Source of the DNA: Dehalococcoidia bacterium | GTDB lineage: Bacteria; Chloroflexota; Dehalococcoidia; Lucifugimonadales; SHYT01 | Assembly: GCA_009693045.1 (NCBI GenBank) | Contig: SHXZ01000002.1 | Span: 22,816-86,815, forward strand | DNA length: 64,000 nucleotides | Direction of reading: 5' to 3' | Shown here: piece after piece, positions 20,008-30,366 of the stretch | Position numbering within the stretch: the stretch's first letter is position 1 | How the letters are laid out: every line of letters starts with the position of its first letter | Translations under genes and position numbers: made by a program | Notes under the pieces: generated by a model | What the model saw: only the letters and a program-made list of their open reading frames with translations | Database searches by the model: none | Told to the model about the DNA's origin: nothing

Positions 20008-20225
20008 TGAGGCCGCTCTCAGGCCCTGAGTTTATCCGCATTTTTGAGCGGATGGGATTTGTGAGAGCGCGTCGGAGGAGAAATTATATTATCCCGAAAA
20101 GGCAAACGCGAGAAGGAGAGGTTGGTTGTGTTGTTCCACTCCATCGGGAACTTGCTACCGGCACGTTGAAAGGAATTTTGAAACAGGCGTGAATTTCTGA
20201 AGCGGAGTTTGAGGAGCATAGCTAA
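20004..20225 (+). pseudogene. HicA-family toxin, decayed (TGA at 20190; GSH motif lost)
   Basis: LSG.E.I...ERMGF...VVPLHRELATGTLKGILKQA*ISEAEF; RNY in place of GSH. Confidence 0.75.
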
Positions 20226-20314
20226 CTCATCTCTTTCATTCGTAACGACGAAACGCACGAGAATCAGGTCTCGGCATCGCCGGCCGACTTATTCGCCCTA
20301 AAGAGGAAGACCCT

Positions 20315-21673
20315 GTGACTGACAATTCTTCCCACCCCGCCAAGTCCTACACCGTCTCGCTCCACTACGACCGGCGGCTGTACAAGCACGATGTCGCCGG
20401 GTCCATCGCGCATACCAAGATGCTCGCCCGCCGTGGCGTCATCACGGACAAGGACGCGGAGCTTATCGCTACGGGCCTCGCCGCCATCCGCGAGGAGATT
20501 GAGCTCGGCGAGTTCCTCTGGCGGGACGACCTGGAAGACCTCCACATGAACATTGAGGCGCGTCTGCACCAGAAGATCGGCGAGGCGGCGGGCAAGGTCC
20601 ACACAGGTCGCTCCCGCAACGACCAGGTCGCCACCGCCATGCGTTTGTACACCAAGGAGGTCATCATCAAAACGGTCGCGAGCGTCCGCGCCCTCCAGCG
20701 CGCCCTGGTGACGCAGGCCGAGGCCAACCTGACCACCATCGTGCCTGGCTACACCCACCTGCAGCGGGCGCAGCCGGTGCTGCTGGCGCACCACTTCCTC
20801 GCCTACTTCCACATGCTGGAGCGCGACGCGGCGCGCTTCCAGGAGGCCCACCGCCGCGCCGACGTGATGCCCCTCGGCAGTGCCGCTCTGGCTGGAGCGG
20901 CATACTCGCTGGACCGCGAGTGGGTGGCCAGGGAGCTCGGCTTCTCCCGCATTTCTGAGAACAGCATGGACGCCGTTTCCGACCGCGACTTCGTGCTGGA
21001 CTACCAGTACGCCGCCGCCGCGTGCATGATGCACCTGTCGCGCTTCGCGGAGGAGCTAGTGCTCTGGTCCAGCGAGGAGTTCGGGTTCGTCCGGCTGGCG
21101 GACCAGTTCACTACGGGCAGCAGTATCATGCCGCAGAAACGCAACCCGGACTTCGCGGAACTGGCGCGCGGCAAGACGGGCCGCGTGTACGGCCACCTCG
21201 TCGGCCTGCTCACCGTACTCAAGGGCCTGCCGCTCACCTACAACCGTGACCTCCAGGAGGACAAAGAGGGCTTCTTTGACACCGTGGACACGCTCCTCGC
21301 CACGTTGGGAGTCTTCGCGCCCATGGTGGGCACGATGATCGTGCGCGCCGACCGCATGCTCCAGGCCACCGAGGCGGGGTACATGCTCGCCACCGACTTG
21401 GCCGACTACCTGGTGCGGCGCGGCGTGCCGTTCCGCAAGGCCCACGGCGTCGTTGCCGAGCTCACGAAGTACGCTGCCTCCAAAGGCAAGACCTACAAAC
21501 AGCTGGGCTTGGAAGAGTACAAGAAGTTCTCACCTGACTTTGCCGCCGGCGTGATGGACATCACGGAAGAGGCGTCACTGGCGGCGCGGGATGTGCCCGG
21601 GGGCACGGCCCCGGCGCGTGTGCTGGAGCAGCTTGAGGCGGCGAAGACGACGCTGGAGGCGGCGGGTGGCTAG
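20315..21673 (+). CDS. argH: argininosuccinate lyase
   Basis: HTGRSRNDQ, PGYTHLQRAQP, GSSIMPQKRNPD, YNRDLQEDKE. Confidence 0.96.
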   Translation: MTDNSSHPAKSYTVSLHYDRRLYKHDVAGSIAHTKMLARRGVITDKDAELIATGLAAIREEIELGEFLWRDDLEDLHMNIEARLHQKIGEAAGKVHTGRSRNDQVATAMRLYTKEVIIKTVASVRALQRALVTQAEANLTTIVPGYTHLQRAQPVLLAHHFLAYFHMLERDAARFQEAHRRADVMPLGSAALAGAAYSLDREWVARELGFSRISENSMDAVSDRDFVLDYQYAAAACMMHLSRFAEELVLWSSEEFGFVRLADQFTTGSSIMPQKRNPDFAELARGKTGRVYGHLVGLLTVLKGLPLTYNRDLQEDKEGFFDTVDTLLATLGVFAPMVGTMIVRADRMLQATEAGYMLATDLADYLVRRGVPFRKAHGVVAELTKYAASKGKTYKQLGLEEYKKFSPDFAAGVMDITEEASLAARDVPGGTAPARVLEQLEAAKTTLEAAGG

Positions 21674-21681
21674 GGTACGCT

Positions 21682-21716
21682 CCCTCACCCCAACCCTCTC
21701 CCAGAGGGAGAGGGAG
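21682..21716. repeat. CCCTCACCCCAACCCTCTCCC-N-GGGAGAGGG palindromic repeat
   Basis: Related intergenic copies at ~27747, 53591, 54093, 60008, 63616 and in-frame copies in mobA and aor. Confidence 0.7.
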
Positions 21717-21726
21717 TGATAACGCT

Positions 21727-22401
21727 ATGACCTCGGTGCGTCGAGTCAAGCTCGGCCCGTCAATCCTCACCGCCGACCTGCTGCGCCTCGGCGAGCAGAT
21801 CGCGCAGGCGGAGGCAGCGGGCGTGGACTATATCCACCTGGACGTCATGGACGGGCACTTCGTTCCCAACATCACCTTTGGCCCGCTCGTCGTGGAGGCC
21901 ATCCGCGCCTGCACCAAGCTGCCGCTGGAAGTCCACCTGATGATTGAGGAGCCTGACCGGTACATCCCCGCGTTCGCCAAGGCGGGCGGCGACATCCTGA
22001 CCGTCCACGCCGAGGCGTGCCGCCACCTCCACCACACGGTGCAGCTTATCAGGGAGCAGGGCGCCAAGGTGGGCGTGGCGCTCAACCCCGCCACGCCCGT
22101 GAGCGCGGTTGACGAGGTGCTGCCTGACCTTGACGAACTGCTGCTGATGACGGTGAACCCCGGCTTTGGCGGGCAGAAGTTCATTCCGAACAGCGTGGAC
22201 AAGATCGCCCGTGCGCGGGCCATGCTGGACGAACGCGGCGCGAAGGCGGAGTTGGCCGTGGACGGCGGCGTGAACTCCGAGACGATTGGCCGTGTGGCCC
22301 GCGCCGGCGCCACGATGCTGGTGGCGGGCTCCGCGGTGTACAACCCCCGGGAGGGCGCGGCGGAGGCGGTGCGGCGCCTGCGGGCGGCAATGCTGGCTTA
22401 G
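21727..22401 (+). CDS. rpe: ribulose-phosphate 3-epimerase
   Basis: HLDVMDGHFVPN, VHLM, MTVNPGFGGQ, VDGG. Confidence 0.96.
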   Translation: MTSVRRVKLGPSILTADLLRLGEQIAQAEAAGVDYIHLDVMDGHFVPNITFGPLVVEAIRACTKLPLEVHLMIEEPDRYIPAFAKAGGDILTVHAEACRHLHHTVQLIREQGAKVGVALNPATPVSAVDEVLPDLDELLLMTVNPGFGGQKFIPNSVDKIARARAMLDERGAKAELAVDGGVNSETIGRVARAGATMLVAGSAVYNPREGAAEAVRRLRAAMLA

Positions 22402-22547
22402 CGCGTCGGTTATTCTTCGTCGTCCCGATGGAGTTGGGACGACGAAGAATCCGTAGTCGTATCCATCACTCCTTGACAGTTTCGTGATACTTTGGAATAG
22501 TAGTATTACTTCATATTGGAGTCGTCAAGTTAGCACAAGGTATTACC

Positions 22548-22805
22548 ATGCGGCAATTGGAAACAAGGCTCACTTAAAAAGGCCAGGTCACCATCCCCGT
22601 GGAGATTCGGCCCAAGCCGGGCCTTAAGCCTAAGGACACAGTCTGCTTTGAAGTGGAAGGTGAGGTAGTCACCCTCCGGCCTGCCAGATCAAAGCTCCTT
22701 GAAGGCTACGGGCCGGTCTCCCCGAGGAAGCGACGGGAGAACTGGCGAAAGGTCCGCGCTGAGATTGAGCAGGCCGTGGCCGAGGAAGTGGGCGCAGAGG
22801 ATTAG
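22548..22805 (+). pseudogene. AbrB/MazE-type antitoxin with in-frame TAA at 22575; no toxin partner
   Basis: MRQLETRLT*KGQVTIPVEIR..GLKPKD.V.F; TTGACA-17-AATAGT upstream. Confidence 0.75.
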
Positions 22806-22969
22806 TCCTACTACGTTACGTCTGTGAAGAACCGACGTACAAGATCCTTTGCCTCTTAGGTGGGTGGGGGTGGGCTTGACTTCAGTGGCAGCATGGAAGG
22901 CGGCCAACGCCAGACTTGGTCACCGTGGAGCCCAGGGAACATGCCAGATTCGCCCTTCACCGAGCTCCA

Positions 22970-23142
22970 TGGGCTGCCCGCCAGCGGAGGCGGATATTCA
23001 AAGCTACTTCAAGGTCACGCCACCCACCGTCCATCAGGTGATCCTGACCCTTGAGAAGCGCGGGTTGATCAAGCGAGTCCCGGGCCAGGCTCGTTCGATT
23101 GGCGTGACGCTGTCTCTCGATCGATTGCCAAAGCTCAAATGA
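22970..23142 (+). pseudogene. 5'-truncated winged-helix (MarR/LexA-N-like) regulator
   Basis: PPAEADIQSYFKVTPPTVHQVILTLEKRGLIKRVPGQARSI; no credible N-terminus. Confidence 0.6.
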
Positions 23143-23282
23143 GCGCGGTCGTACTTTCGGTACGGGAACGCCCCTCCTGGGAAAGTCAGGACGAGTCGAC
23201 TCGGCCCCCTCGCCGTGCTCCAACAAAAAGTACAAGGGCGGGTTTCAAACCCGCCCCTACGTTCGCTCCGGTATCCGTATTT

Positions 23283-24257
23283 CTACGGCTGCACCAGCAT
23301 GTGCAGCGTGCCGTCGGCTTCCTTGCGCTGCGTCAAGATGTGATGGTTCCCCTTCTCCGCCCACAGGACCAGGTCGTAGGTGTTCAGCACGTCGGAGCAA
23401 AGGACCTCCACCAGCGCCTTGCCGTCGCGCTCAATCTGCTGGCTCAGCGCCGCGATAATCCCCGCGCAGCTCTTGCCCCGCCCGTCAACGACCACCCAGC
23501 CGCTGCCGTTCGTGGTCACCGTCACCGGCCCCTCGCGGACGGCCACCTCGCCGGTCTTGCGCAGGCCAAGCTCGTGCTTGAACTCCGAGACGGCCTCCCA
23601 CGCGACGGCGGTGGTGCGGTCGCCCTTGCGGCAGACGGCGCCGCGCACGCCCACAATGTCGGGGTTGCAGCGCGCCAGCACGTCCAGGTCGGTCAGGCGC
23701 AGGTGGCCGGAGAGCGCGGTGCTCATGCCCGCCTGCTTGCCCTCCAGCACCATCTCTCGCAGGTCGCGCTCCGGGATGAAGTCAAACAAGTTCCGCCCGT
23801 CCTTGGTCAGCGTGTCAATGAGGAACCCGTCGCAGTGCGTCTCGCGGCACATCTTGACCGTCAGGTGGGCGTCCAGGCCGTCGTACAGCGGGTTGTCGGC
23901 GAAGAGGGAGCCGATGAGCTTCGTTTCGGAGCCTTCCAGCGCGCGGCGGCACTCGTTCAGCGTCTCAATGGCGAGGGCGTAATCGGACTTCATAAAGCCG
24001 ACCTTGACGGACGTCGCCTTGAGCTGCGCGGCGGCGTAACAGGCCATCGCCACGGTGCCGACCTGGTTGGGCACCACGCCAAGCGTAATGCTCACGTGCC
24101 TCTCCGGGGGAGCGACGGCGCGTACCTCCCTCGCGACGAACGGGTGCGCAGAGCCGACCAGCGCCTCCTGGAGGTTCTTGATGTCCACGATGTCGGCGCC
24201 GCCCTTGAGGGCCTCAAGTGCTTCGGGTAGGTTCTGGACGCTCACCATCAGCATCAT
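23283..24257 (-). CDS. MfnB-like (4-HFC-P synthase, DUF556) fused to C-terminal TusA/SirA-like domain
   Basis: GGADIVDIKN, VKVG, DTLTKDG, DIVGVRGAVC match MfnB; tail VDGRGKSC...VLCSD...DLVLWAEKGNH. Confidence 0.8.
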   Translation of the reverse strand: MMLMVSVQNLPEALEALKGGADIVDIKNLQEALVGSAHPFVAREVRAVAPPERHVSITLGVVPNQVGTVAMACYAAAQLKATSVKVGFMKSDYALAIETLNECRRALEGSETKLIGSLFADNPLYDGLDAHLTVKMCRETHCDGFLIDTLTKDGRNLFDFIPERDLREMVLEGKQAGMSTALSGHLRLTDLDVLARCNPDIVGVRGAVCRKGDRTTAVAWEAVSEFKHELGLRKTGEVAVREGPVTVTTNGSGWVVVDGRGKSCAGIIAALSQQIERDGKALVEVLCSDVLNTYDLVLWAEKGNHHILTQRKEADGTLHMLVQP

Positions 24258-24495
24258 GGCGTGTGCTCCTTGCCTTTGTTTCCTCACCACACCCTGGAGG
24301 GTGCGGCATCACGTTTTGTCTATGCCGCACCCTCCAGGGTGTGGTCACTGAAGACATTCATAAGGTCATCCGAGCCTATGCGCTTCACTTAGAATGGATT
24401 CCTAGAAAGATCCGTTCCCAACGTGGGGTATGGATTCTTCGTCGCGGAGTTTACCCTGAGCGCGGCGAACGGGCTCCTCGGGAATGACACGAAAG

Positions 24496-25473
24496 CTACT
24501 TCACGACGATCGGGTGGTTGATCGCCTTGAGCTCATTCTTGATCGCCTCTTTTTCCTCGGGCGTGAATGGCGTCAGCGGCTGGCGCACATGGCCGCCCGC
24601 CATGCCCATAAGCTCGCCCCAGTACTTGCAGAGCGTTGCCGGCCACGTGCCGAACTTTTGTGCGGTGTAGGCCCACCACTTGTCGGAAATGGTTGCCACC
24701 GGGCGGATGTACAGGTCGTAGAACTCGGTGTCAACCTCACCGCGGGAAGCCTTCTCAATGAACTGCACGTAATGATTGCGGCCCGGCTGGTCAAATCGCC
24801 AGTCCGAGGTGTTGGCGAACATCACCTGTTGGTTGAAGCCGAGCTGCTTGCCAGTGAAGTATATCCAGTCAAACGGCGTGCTGATGATTTTCTTGCGGCC
24901 TAGCGTTACGTGCGTGGCGATGGAGAGCTCGCGGTTGACGCTCGCTTCCTTGACGCCCACCACGTTGGGGATCTCGCAGATGCGCTGCAGGCCCTGCGAG
25001 CTCATGGTGATGCCGAACTGGCCGGAGTTGTAGAACATGATGCCCAGGTTCGTCTGCTCGGCGATGGTCTTGGTGAACTCCACCACCGCGTTTTCTGTCC
25101 TGGCGACGATGTACGGCGGCGCGACGATGAGCAGGTCAAACCCTGCGTTCTCGGCGTGCTTGGCAAGCGCGATGGCCTCTTTGTATGACGTATGCGTCAC
25201 GTGCGCGGCGATGGGCCACTTGCCCGCCGCCTCTTCCGCCGCGATGTCCATCACCCGCAAACGCTCTTCGCGCGTCAGCGACCAGAACTCGCCCATGCCC
25301 CAAGTGACGCCCCCGCCGCGCGTACCGAGGGCGCGGATGTGGCGGATGTTCCTGCGCAGGCCATCTTCGTCAACCTGGTCGTCCGGCGTGAACGGGGTCA
25401 TGACGGTGGTCCACTGGCCCTTGAGGTTCTGCCAGGCCCACTCTTGCGCTTCTCGCTTGGTGTAGCTCGCCAT
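24496..25473 (-). CDS. DapA/NanA-family class I aldolase (not canonical DHDPS)
   Basis: TPF, GMGEF (not GTTGE), PPY, FYN, GVKEAS Schiff-base Lys. Confidence 0.82.
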   Translation of the reverse strand: MASYTKREAQEWAWQNLKGQWTTVMTPFTPDDQVDEDGLRRNIRHIRALGTRGGGVTWGMGEFWSLTREERLRVMDIAAEEAAGKWPIAAHVTHTSYKEAIALAKHAENAGFDLLIVAPPYIVARTENAVVEFTKTIAEQTNLGIMFYNSGQFGITMSSQGLQRICEIPNVVGVKEASVNRELSIATHVTLGRKKIISTPFDWIYFTGKQLGFNQQVMFANTSDWRFDQPGRNHYVQFIEKASRGEVDTEFYDLYIRPVATISDKWWAYTAQKFGTWPATLCKYWGELMGMAGGHVRQPLTPFTPEEKEAIKNELKAINHPIVVK

Positions 25474-25539
25474 ACCCTGCTCCTTCGGCGACTCTTTCAG
25501 CGGACAACAAGACCCGCGAACCTGGTGACGACCGGAAGG

Positions 25540-25569
25540 ATTGTAGCTTTCATGCCGCGAAGGTGTCAA
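25540..25569 (-). promoter_or_regulatory. putative sigma70 promoter
   Basis: TTGACA-18nt-TACAAT upstream of the DapA-like gene. Confidence 0.6.
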
Positions 25570-25704
25570 CGGTGCGGGCATCCGAAGCTGAGGCGCGAGG
25601 AGCCGACAAGGGCGTCGTTGTCGGATAACGACGCGATTGGATGTTTGATGTGGTGCTCGCGGAGACGAGCAGGAAGCTCAGCGTGGCGTGAGAGTGGGAG
25701 CCCC

Positions 25705-25896
25705 CTAGCGGACGGTGGCCGCCTTGAGCCGGTTGCGCAAGCAGCGCGTGCACGCAGCCACCTGGACGCGGGCGCCGTTCACCACGATGGTCTGCTTCTG
25801 GATGTTGGGCAGCGAGCGGGAGGGCGTGTGCCGCTTGGAGTGGCTGACATTGCGCCCCATGACGCCCACTTTGCCGCAGATGTGACAACTCGCCAT
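25705..25896 (-). CDS. rpmB: 50S ribosomal protein L28
   Basis: CHICGK...GRNVSHS...PNIQ...CTRCL. Confidence 0.95.
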   Translation of the reverse strand: MASCHICGKVGVMGRNVSHSKRHTPSRSLPNIQKQTIVVNGARVQVAACTRCLRNRLKAATVR

Positions 25897-25989
25897 GGCT
25901 CCACCTTTTGACGATGGGAGATGGTACCGTTAGAATCCCAAGGAGCAGCGTAGCATGGCGTTGCGAAAAGCGCAAGACGAGGGTACGAC

Positions 25990-27681
25990 GTGACGCGGGA
26001 GACAAGGCGAGACGCAGCAGCCTCCGGTGCGAGAAAGCGGACGCCCACCAGCGGCGGAAGCTCCGGGCCGTCGCTGTTTGGCGGCGATGAGCTGCGCCGC
26101 TTTTGTCAGGCAAGCGTCGCGGTGCTGGAGCGTAACGCCGACGCTATCAACGCGCTGAACGTCTATCCCGTCCCGGACGGCGACACCGGCACAAACATGA
26201 CGCTGACCATGCGCACCGTCTGCGACGAGATCGGCAAGTGCCAGGAGACGCACCTGGACGCCGTCGCCCAGGCGATGGCGCGCGGCGCGCTGTTGGGCGC
26301 GCGGGGCAACAGCGGCATCATCGCGTCCCAATTCCTTCGGGGCATGGCGCGCTGCTTCAGCGGGATGCGCGCCGCCTCCGTGGCCGAGCTCGCAGGGGCC
26401 TTCGCGGACGGCTCCGCGAGCGCGTACAAGGCGGTGGGCAACCCCGTGGAAGGGACCATGCTCACGGTGATGCGCCAAGCAGCCCAGTCGGCGGAACGGG
26501 CGGTAGCGCGCGGCGCGGATAACCCCCAACGGCTGTTCCAGTCGGCGTGGCGCGGTGCTGCGGTGTCCGTGCGCAAGACGCCACAGCTTCTCGCCGTGCT
26601 GCGGCAGGCGGGCGTGGTGGACGCGGGCGGGCAGGGCTTCGCGCTCATGCTCAAGGCGGCGGCGCTCTCGCTGCGCGGCGAGGACCCGGCGGCGTTCCGC
26701 ATCAAGGTCTCGGCGGGGGCGGCAGGGCGCGTGAACGAGGCCTTCCTGTCGGCGGTGGATGAGGAGTACTTCGGGAACTGCATCCAGTTCACGCTGGAGG
26801 GTCTCACCATGTCGGTGGACGAGCTGCGAGCCGGCTTGGCGAGGGTGGGCAAGTCCGTAGTGGTGATCGGCGACGAGCAGCTCGCGAAGGTCCACGTGCA
26901 CAGCGCGGCGCCCGAGCCGGTGCTCGCGTACGCCGGGGGCGTCGGCGTTCTGGACCGGCTCAAGGTGGAGAACATTGACGCACAGCACGTAGAGTTCGCG
27001 GCGGCGCGACGGGCCGAGCGGCCTCGGGCGATCGTCGGCGTCGTCGCGGTGGCGTGGGGCGCGGGGCTGGAGAAGCTCTTCAGCGAGATGGGCGCGGTGG
27101 TCGTGCGCGGCGGCCAGACGATGAACCCCAGCGTCCAGCAGCTCCTAGACGCCGTCGCCGAAGCCAACGCCGACGTCACCGTGCTGCTGCCGAACAACCC
27201 CAATGTTGTCCGGACCGCCCAGCAGGCCCTGGAGTTCGCCCAGCTCCCGCTCCGCGTCGTCCCCACGCGGTCGCTGCCCCAGGGTGTGGCCGCGATGCTC
27301 GCGCTGAACCCGGAGCAGGGCGTGGAGTCCATCGTCGCCGCAATGGAGCGGGCGAGGGCATTCGTGAACTCCGGCGAGGTCGTGGCTTCAGTGCGGGCCT
27401 CCACCGTGGACGGAGTGCAGGTGCCGGAAGGCGCTCTGATGGCCTTGCTGGACGACAAGCTGGTGGCCGTCGGCAGCGAGCGAGTTGATGTCCTCCATCG
27501 GTTGGCTGTGGCAGCCGGAGCAAGCGATAGGAGCTTGCTGACGCTCTACTGGGGCGGCGGCCTCACCGCCGACGCGGTGCGCGCCGACGTTGACGCGCTC
27601 AAACAGCGCATTCCTAGCCTTGCGGTGGAGACGGTGGAGGGCGGGCAGCCACACTACCTGTACCTGGTGGCGGTGGAGTGA
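25990..27681 (+). CDS. fakA: DAK2-domain fatty acid kinase subunit A
   Basis: NALNVYPVPDGDTGTNM, GARGNSG, VEGTMLTV, GVVDAGG, GGQTMNPS, GGQPHY. Confidence 0.9.
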   Translation: MTRETRRDAAASGARKRTPTSGGSSGPSLFGGDELRRFCQASVAVLERNADAINALNVYPVPDGDTGTNMTLTMRTVCDEIGKCQETHLDAVAQAMARGALLGARGNSGIIASQFLRGMARCFSGMRAASVAELAGAFADGSASAYKAVGNPVEGTMLTVMRQAAQSAERAVARGADNPQRLFQSAWRGAAVSVRKTPQLLAVLRQAGVVDAGGQGFALMLKAAALSLRGEDPAAFRIKVSAGAAGRVNEAFLSAVDEEYFGNCIQFTLEGLTMSVDELRAGLARVGKSVVVIGDEQLAKVHVHSAAPEPVLAYAGGVGVLDRLKVENIDAQHVEFAAARRAERPRAIVGVVAVAWGAGLEKLFSEMGAVVVRGGQTMNPSVQQLLDAVAEANADVTVLLPNNPNVVRTAQQALEFAQLPLRVVPTRSLPQGVAAMLALNPEQGVESIVAAMERARAFVNSGEVVASVRASTVDGVQVPEGALMALLDDKLVAVGSERVDVLHRLAVAAGASDRSLLTLYWGGGLTADAVRADVDALKQRIPSLAVETVEGGQPHYLYLVAVE

Positions 27682-27831
27682 AATGTGAGCGCTTGTTCGC
27701 GGCGGACCTGTTGTCGTTTGGTCCCACACCCGTGCTTTACACCAATCCCTTCCCCCTTGACGGCGGAAGGTGAGGATAGTGGTGAGACGTGTCTTTGACT
27801 ACCACGATAGCCTGTGAGAAGAGGTAGCAGT

Positions 27832-28668
27832 ATGCCCGTCCGAATCGTCACCGACAGCACCTCCGACCTGCCGTCGGACATCGCCGCCGCCGCGGGCATC
27901 ACCGTCGTGCCGCTAAACGTTCACTTCGGCACGGAGACCTTCCGCGACGGTGTTGACATAAAAGAGGACGAGTTCTATCGCCGCCTCGTCTCCACCGCAA
28001 AGCTGCCCACCACGTCGCAGCCGTCCGTGGGCGCGTTCCTGGAAACGTACGAGCGCCTCGCCCCAGGCGCAGACGGCATCGTCTCCGTGCACCTCACCGC
28101 CAAGCTGAGCGGGACGTACAATTCGGCCATCCAGGCCAAGGGGGAGTTTAAGGGCTGCCCGGTAGAGGTGATAGACACGCAGCAGGGCTCTCTGGGGCTG
28201 GGCATGGTGGCGCTGGCGGCGGCGCGCGCGGCCCAGGCGGGCGGCACTATGGCGCAGGTGTCGCAGGCTGTGCAGCAAGCCATGCGCGACACAAAATTCT
28301 TCGGTGCGGTGGACACGCTGGACTATCTGGTGAAGGGCGGGCGCGTCGGCAAGGCGCAGGCGTTCGTGGGCGGCGTGCTCAGGATCAAACCCATCATCAC
28401 GATACAGGACGGCGTCGTTCACCCGGTGGAGCGTGTGCGGACGCTCCAGAAGGCTGTAGAGCGGCTAGCTGAGCTGGCGCGCGCCGCCGGGCCTGTCGGT
28501 TCGGTGGGTGTCATCCACAGCACCACGCCTGACGTTGCGCAGTCGCTGGCCGATCGCGTTCGGGACCTTGCGCCTGGCGGACAGGTGCTCATGAGCCGCT
28601 TTGGCCCGGTGATCGGCGCCTACCTGGGGCCGGGCGCCGTTGGCGTGGCGGTGATGAAGAGAGGGTAG
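27832..28668 (+). CDS. DegV-family fatty acid binding protein (FakB)
   Basis: IVTDSTSDL, PTTSQPS, LSGTYNSA, LVKGGR, KPII. Confidence 0.92.
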   Translation: MPVRIVTDSTSDLPSDIAAAAGITVVPLNVHFGTETFRDGVDIKEDEFYRRLVSTAKLPTTSQPSVGAFLETYERLAPGADGIVSVHLTAKLSGTYNSAIQAKGEFKGCPVEVIDTQQGSLGLGMVALAAARAAQAGGTMAQVSQAVQQAMRDTKFFGAVDTLDYLVKGGRVGKAQAFVGGVLRIKPIITIQDGVVHPVERVRTLQKAVERLAELARAAGPVGSVGVIHSTTPDVAQSLADRVRDLAPGGQVLMSRFGPVIGAYLGPGAVGVAVMKRG

Positions 28669-28750
28669 CCTCAGCCAGGCCTATTCTGTCCTCTTTTCTT
28701 CTCGCCTCTCGCTCCTCGTGCTGGGATCTTTCCTGGCGAGACGCTCGGCG

Positions 28751-30076
28751 CTATCTGGAAGAGGGAGCCACCGGCTCACCAGCCGGTGCTTGACGCGGCC
28801 GTTTGGGCGCCGTCATGAAAACAAACGCAAGACTTGGGAGCAGGATGCCCCAGAAGCACAACTGCCACAGTATCGCAAAGCCTACACCTGCGTCCAAAAG
28901 ATAGCCGGCCAAGGGCCCTCCAAAAGCGCCGGCGGCGATCATGATGGGCGCGGTGAAACCGCGGATCGCTCCCTGATGCGCCCGCCCAAAATACTGCGGG
29001 AACATGAGGTTTTGAACGACGCTGTTGGCCCCGCTTCCAATGCCCCAGGTGACGTTGTGCAGAAATACGGGGCCGGCGCCTGACATGCCGAACCAAAGCG
29101 GAAGCAAGGACGCTCCTCGCCACACTCCGCCTATGACCCCCATCCAGCGCACCGCCACCCGCTCGGCCAAGAATCCGAACAGGAGCATGGCGAACGTCAC
29201 GGTAAACGGGTCGGCGGCCACGCCCAACGCGATCATAGAGGGGGAAATGCCCAGGTCGTTCCAGAACGAAACCCGGTACAAGAGAACAGGGCCCAAGAAG
29301 AACTGGGTCAGTGCAAAGGTCGCCACGATAGCCCAGAGGATGGGGGTTTTTACCGCTTCGCCCAATGTCCAATCATGCTCCACCTGTGGGGCTTTCTGAT
29401 GTCCACCCTTTGCGCTAGCGGCTTGGGCTGAGCTGGGCGCCTCCCCGTCAGGGAGAAGCCCCATGTCCTCAGGGCGCCTTCTCATGAAGAGTGCGTAGGC
29501 AGGCAGGATGCCAATCAGCGCCACGACGCCGAACGTGGCCCAGCTCCAGCGCCAACCGATGGTGTTGATCAGCAGCGTCGCGAGCAGCGACATCGTCGCG
29601 GTTCCAATCATGCCGCCCGTGGCTGCGATGGCCACCGCCCTTCCACGCTTGGCGACGAACCAGTTGGTAACCGGCACGGTGGTCAGAAGATTGCCTCCAA
29701 AGGTAGCGAAGCCGGTCACTCCCGAAACGGCAAACAGGCCGTACAGCAACCAGATGTTGGACGTCAGCGAGAAACCGATCAGTACGAGCCCCACTACCAG
29801 ACCGGCGAAGAACCCGGCCCATCGGGACCCGTAGCGGTCAACCACACGACCCAGGACCGGAGCCGAGAGACCGCCCAGTATCTGGCGGATGGTGAATCCC
29901 CACACCAACGTGCTTCGGCTGATGTCCAGGGCGTTGCTCATGGGGTCAATGAAGAATGCGAAAACCAGAGGGTTCATGGGCGTGGTCACGAAGTTGGCAA
30001 GCCAGGCGCAGCCAACGATCCTCCACCCGTAGAACAAGGGAGGTCTCTTGGCTATGGTAGGGCCCAGACTCGTCAT
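28751..30076 (-). CDS. MFS transporter (OFA/MCT-like)
   Basis: ~12 hydrophobic segments; FYGW, GRVVDRYGSR motif A, WFVAKRGRA. Confidence 0.85.
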   Translation of the reverse strand: MTSLGPTIAKRPPLFYGWRIVGCAWLANFVTTPMNPLVFAFFIDPMSNALDISRSTLVWGFTIRQILGGLSAPVLGRVVDRYGSRWAGFFAGLVVGLVLIGFSLTSNIWLLYGLFAVSGVTGFATFGGNLLTTVPVTNWFVAKRGRAVAIAATGGMIGTATMSLLATLLINTIGWRWSWATFGVVALIGILPAYALFMRRRPEDMGLLPDGEAPSSAQAASAKGGHQKAPQVEHDWTLGEAVKTPILWAIVATFALTQFFLGPVLLYRVSFWNDLGISPSMIALGVAADPFTVTFAMLLFGFLAERVAVRWMGVIGGVWRGASLLPLWFGMSGAGPVFLHNVTWGIGSGANSVVQNLMFPQYFGRAHQGAIRGFTAPIMIAAGAFGGPLAGYLLDAGVGFAILWQLCFWGILLPSLAFVFMTAPKRPRQAPAGEPVAPSSR

Positions 30077-30366
30077 ACAACCTCAGATGCGCTTTATTCT
30101 GAACAGCCCGCATTTTGACCGCCCTGGGATTCGTCCACCATGCTGGCGGGAAGTAGACGATACACATGGTCACGCGTCGAGATCACTCTTCTTAGGGCTA
30201 TGTTGGCTTCTGGGCTGTGAACTCAATGCTCAGCTGTCTACGTTTCGCGTACCAGCCCACACCGCGAGTAGGATGCGGGACTACGCCGAACCATCAAAGG
30301 GGCGGCCCCACAGGGCCGCCCCTTTGATGGTTCTCCCCCACGCGGGGTTGATCGTGCCTACCGCAC

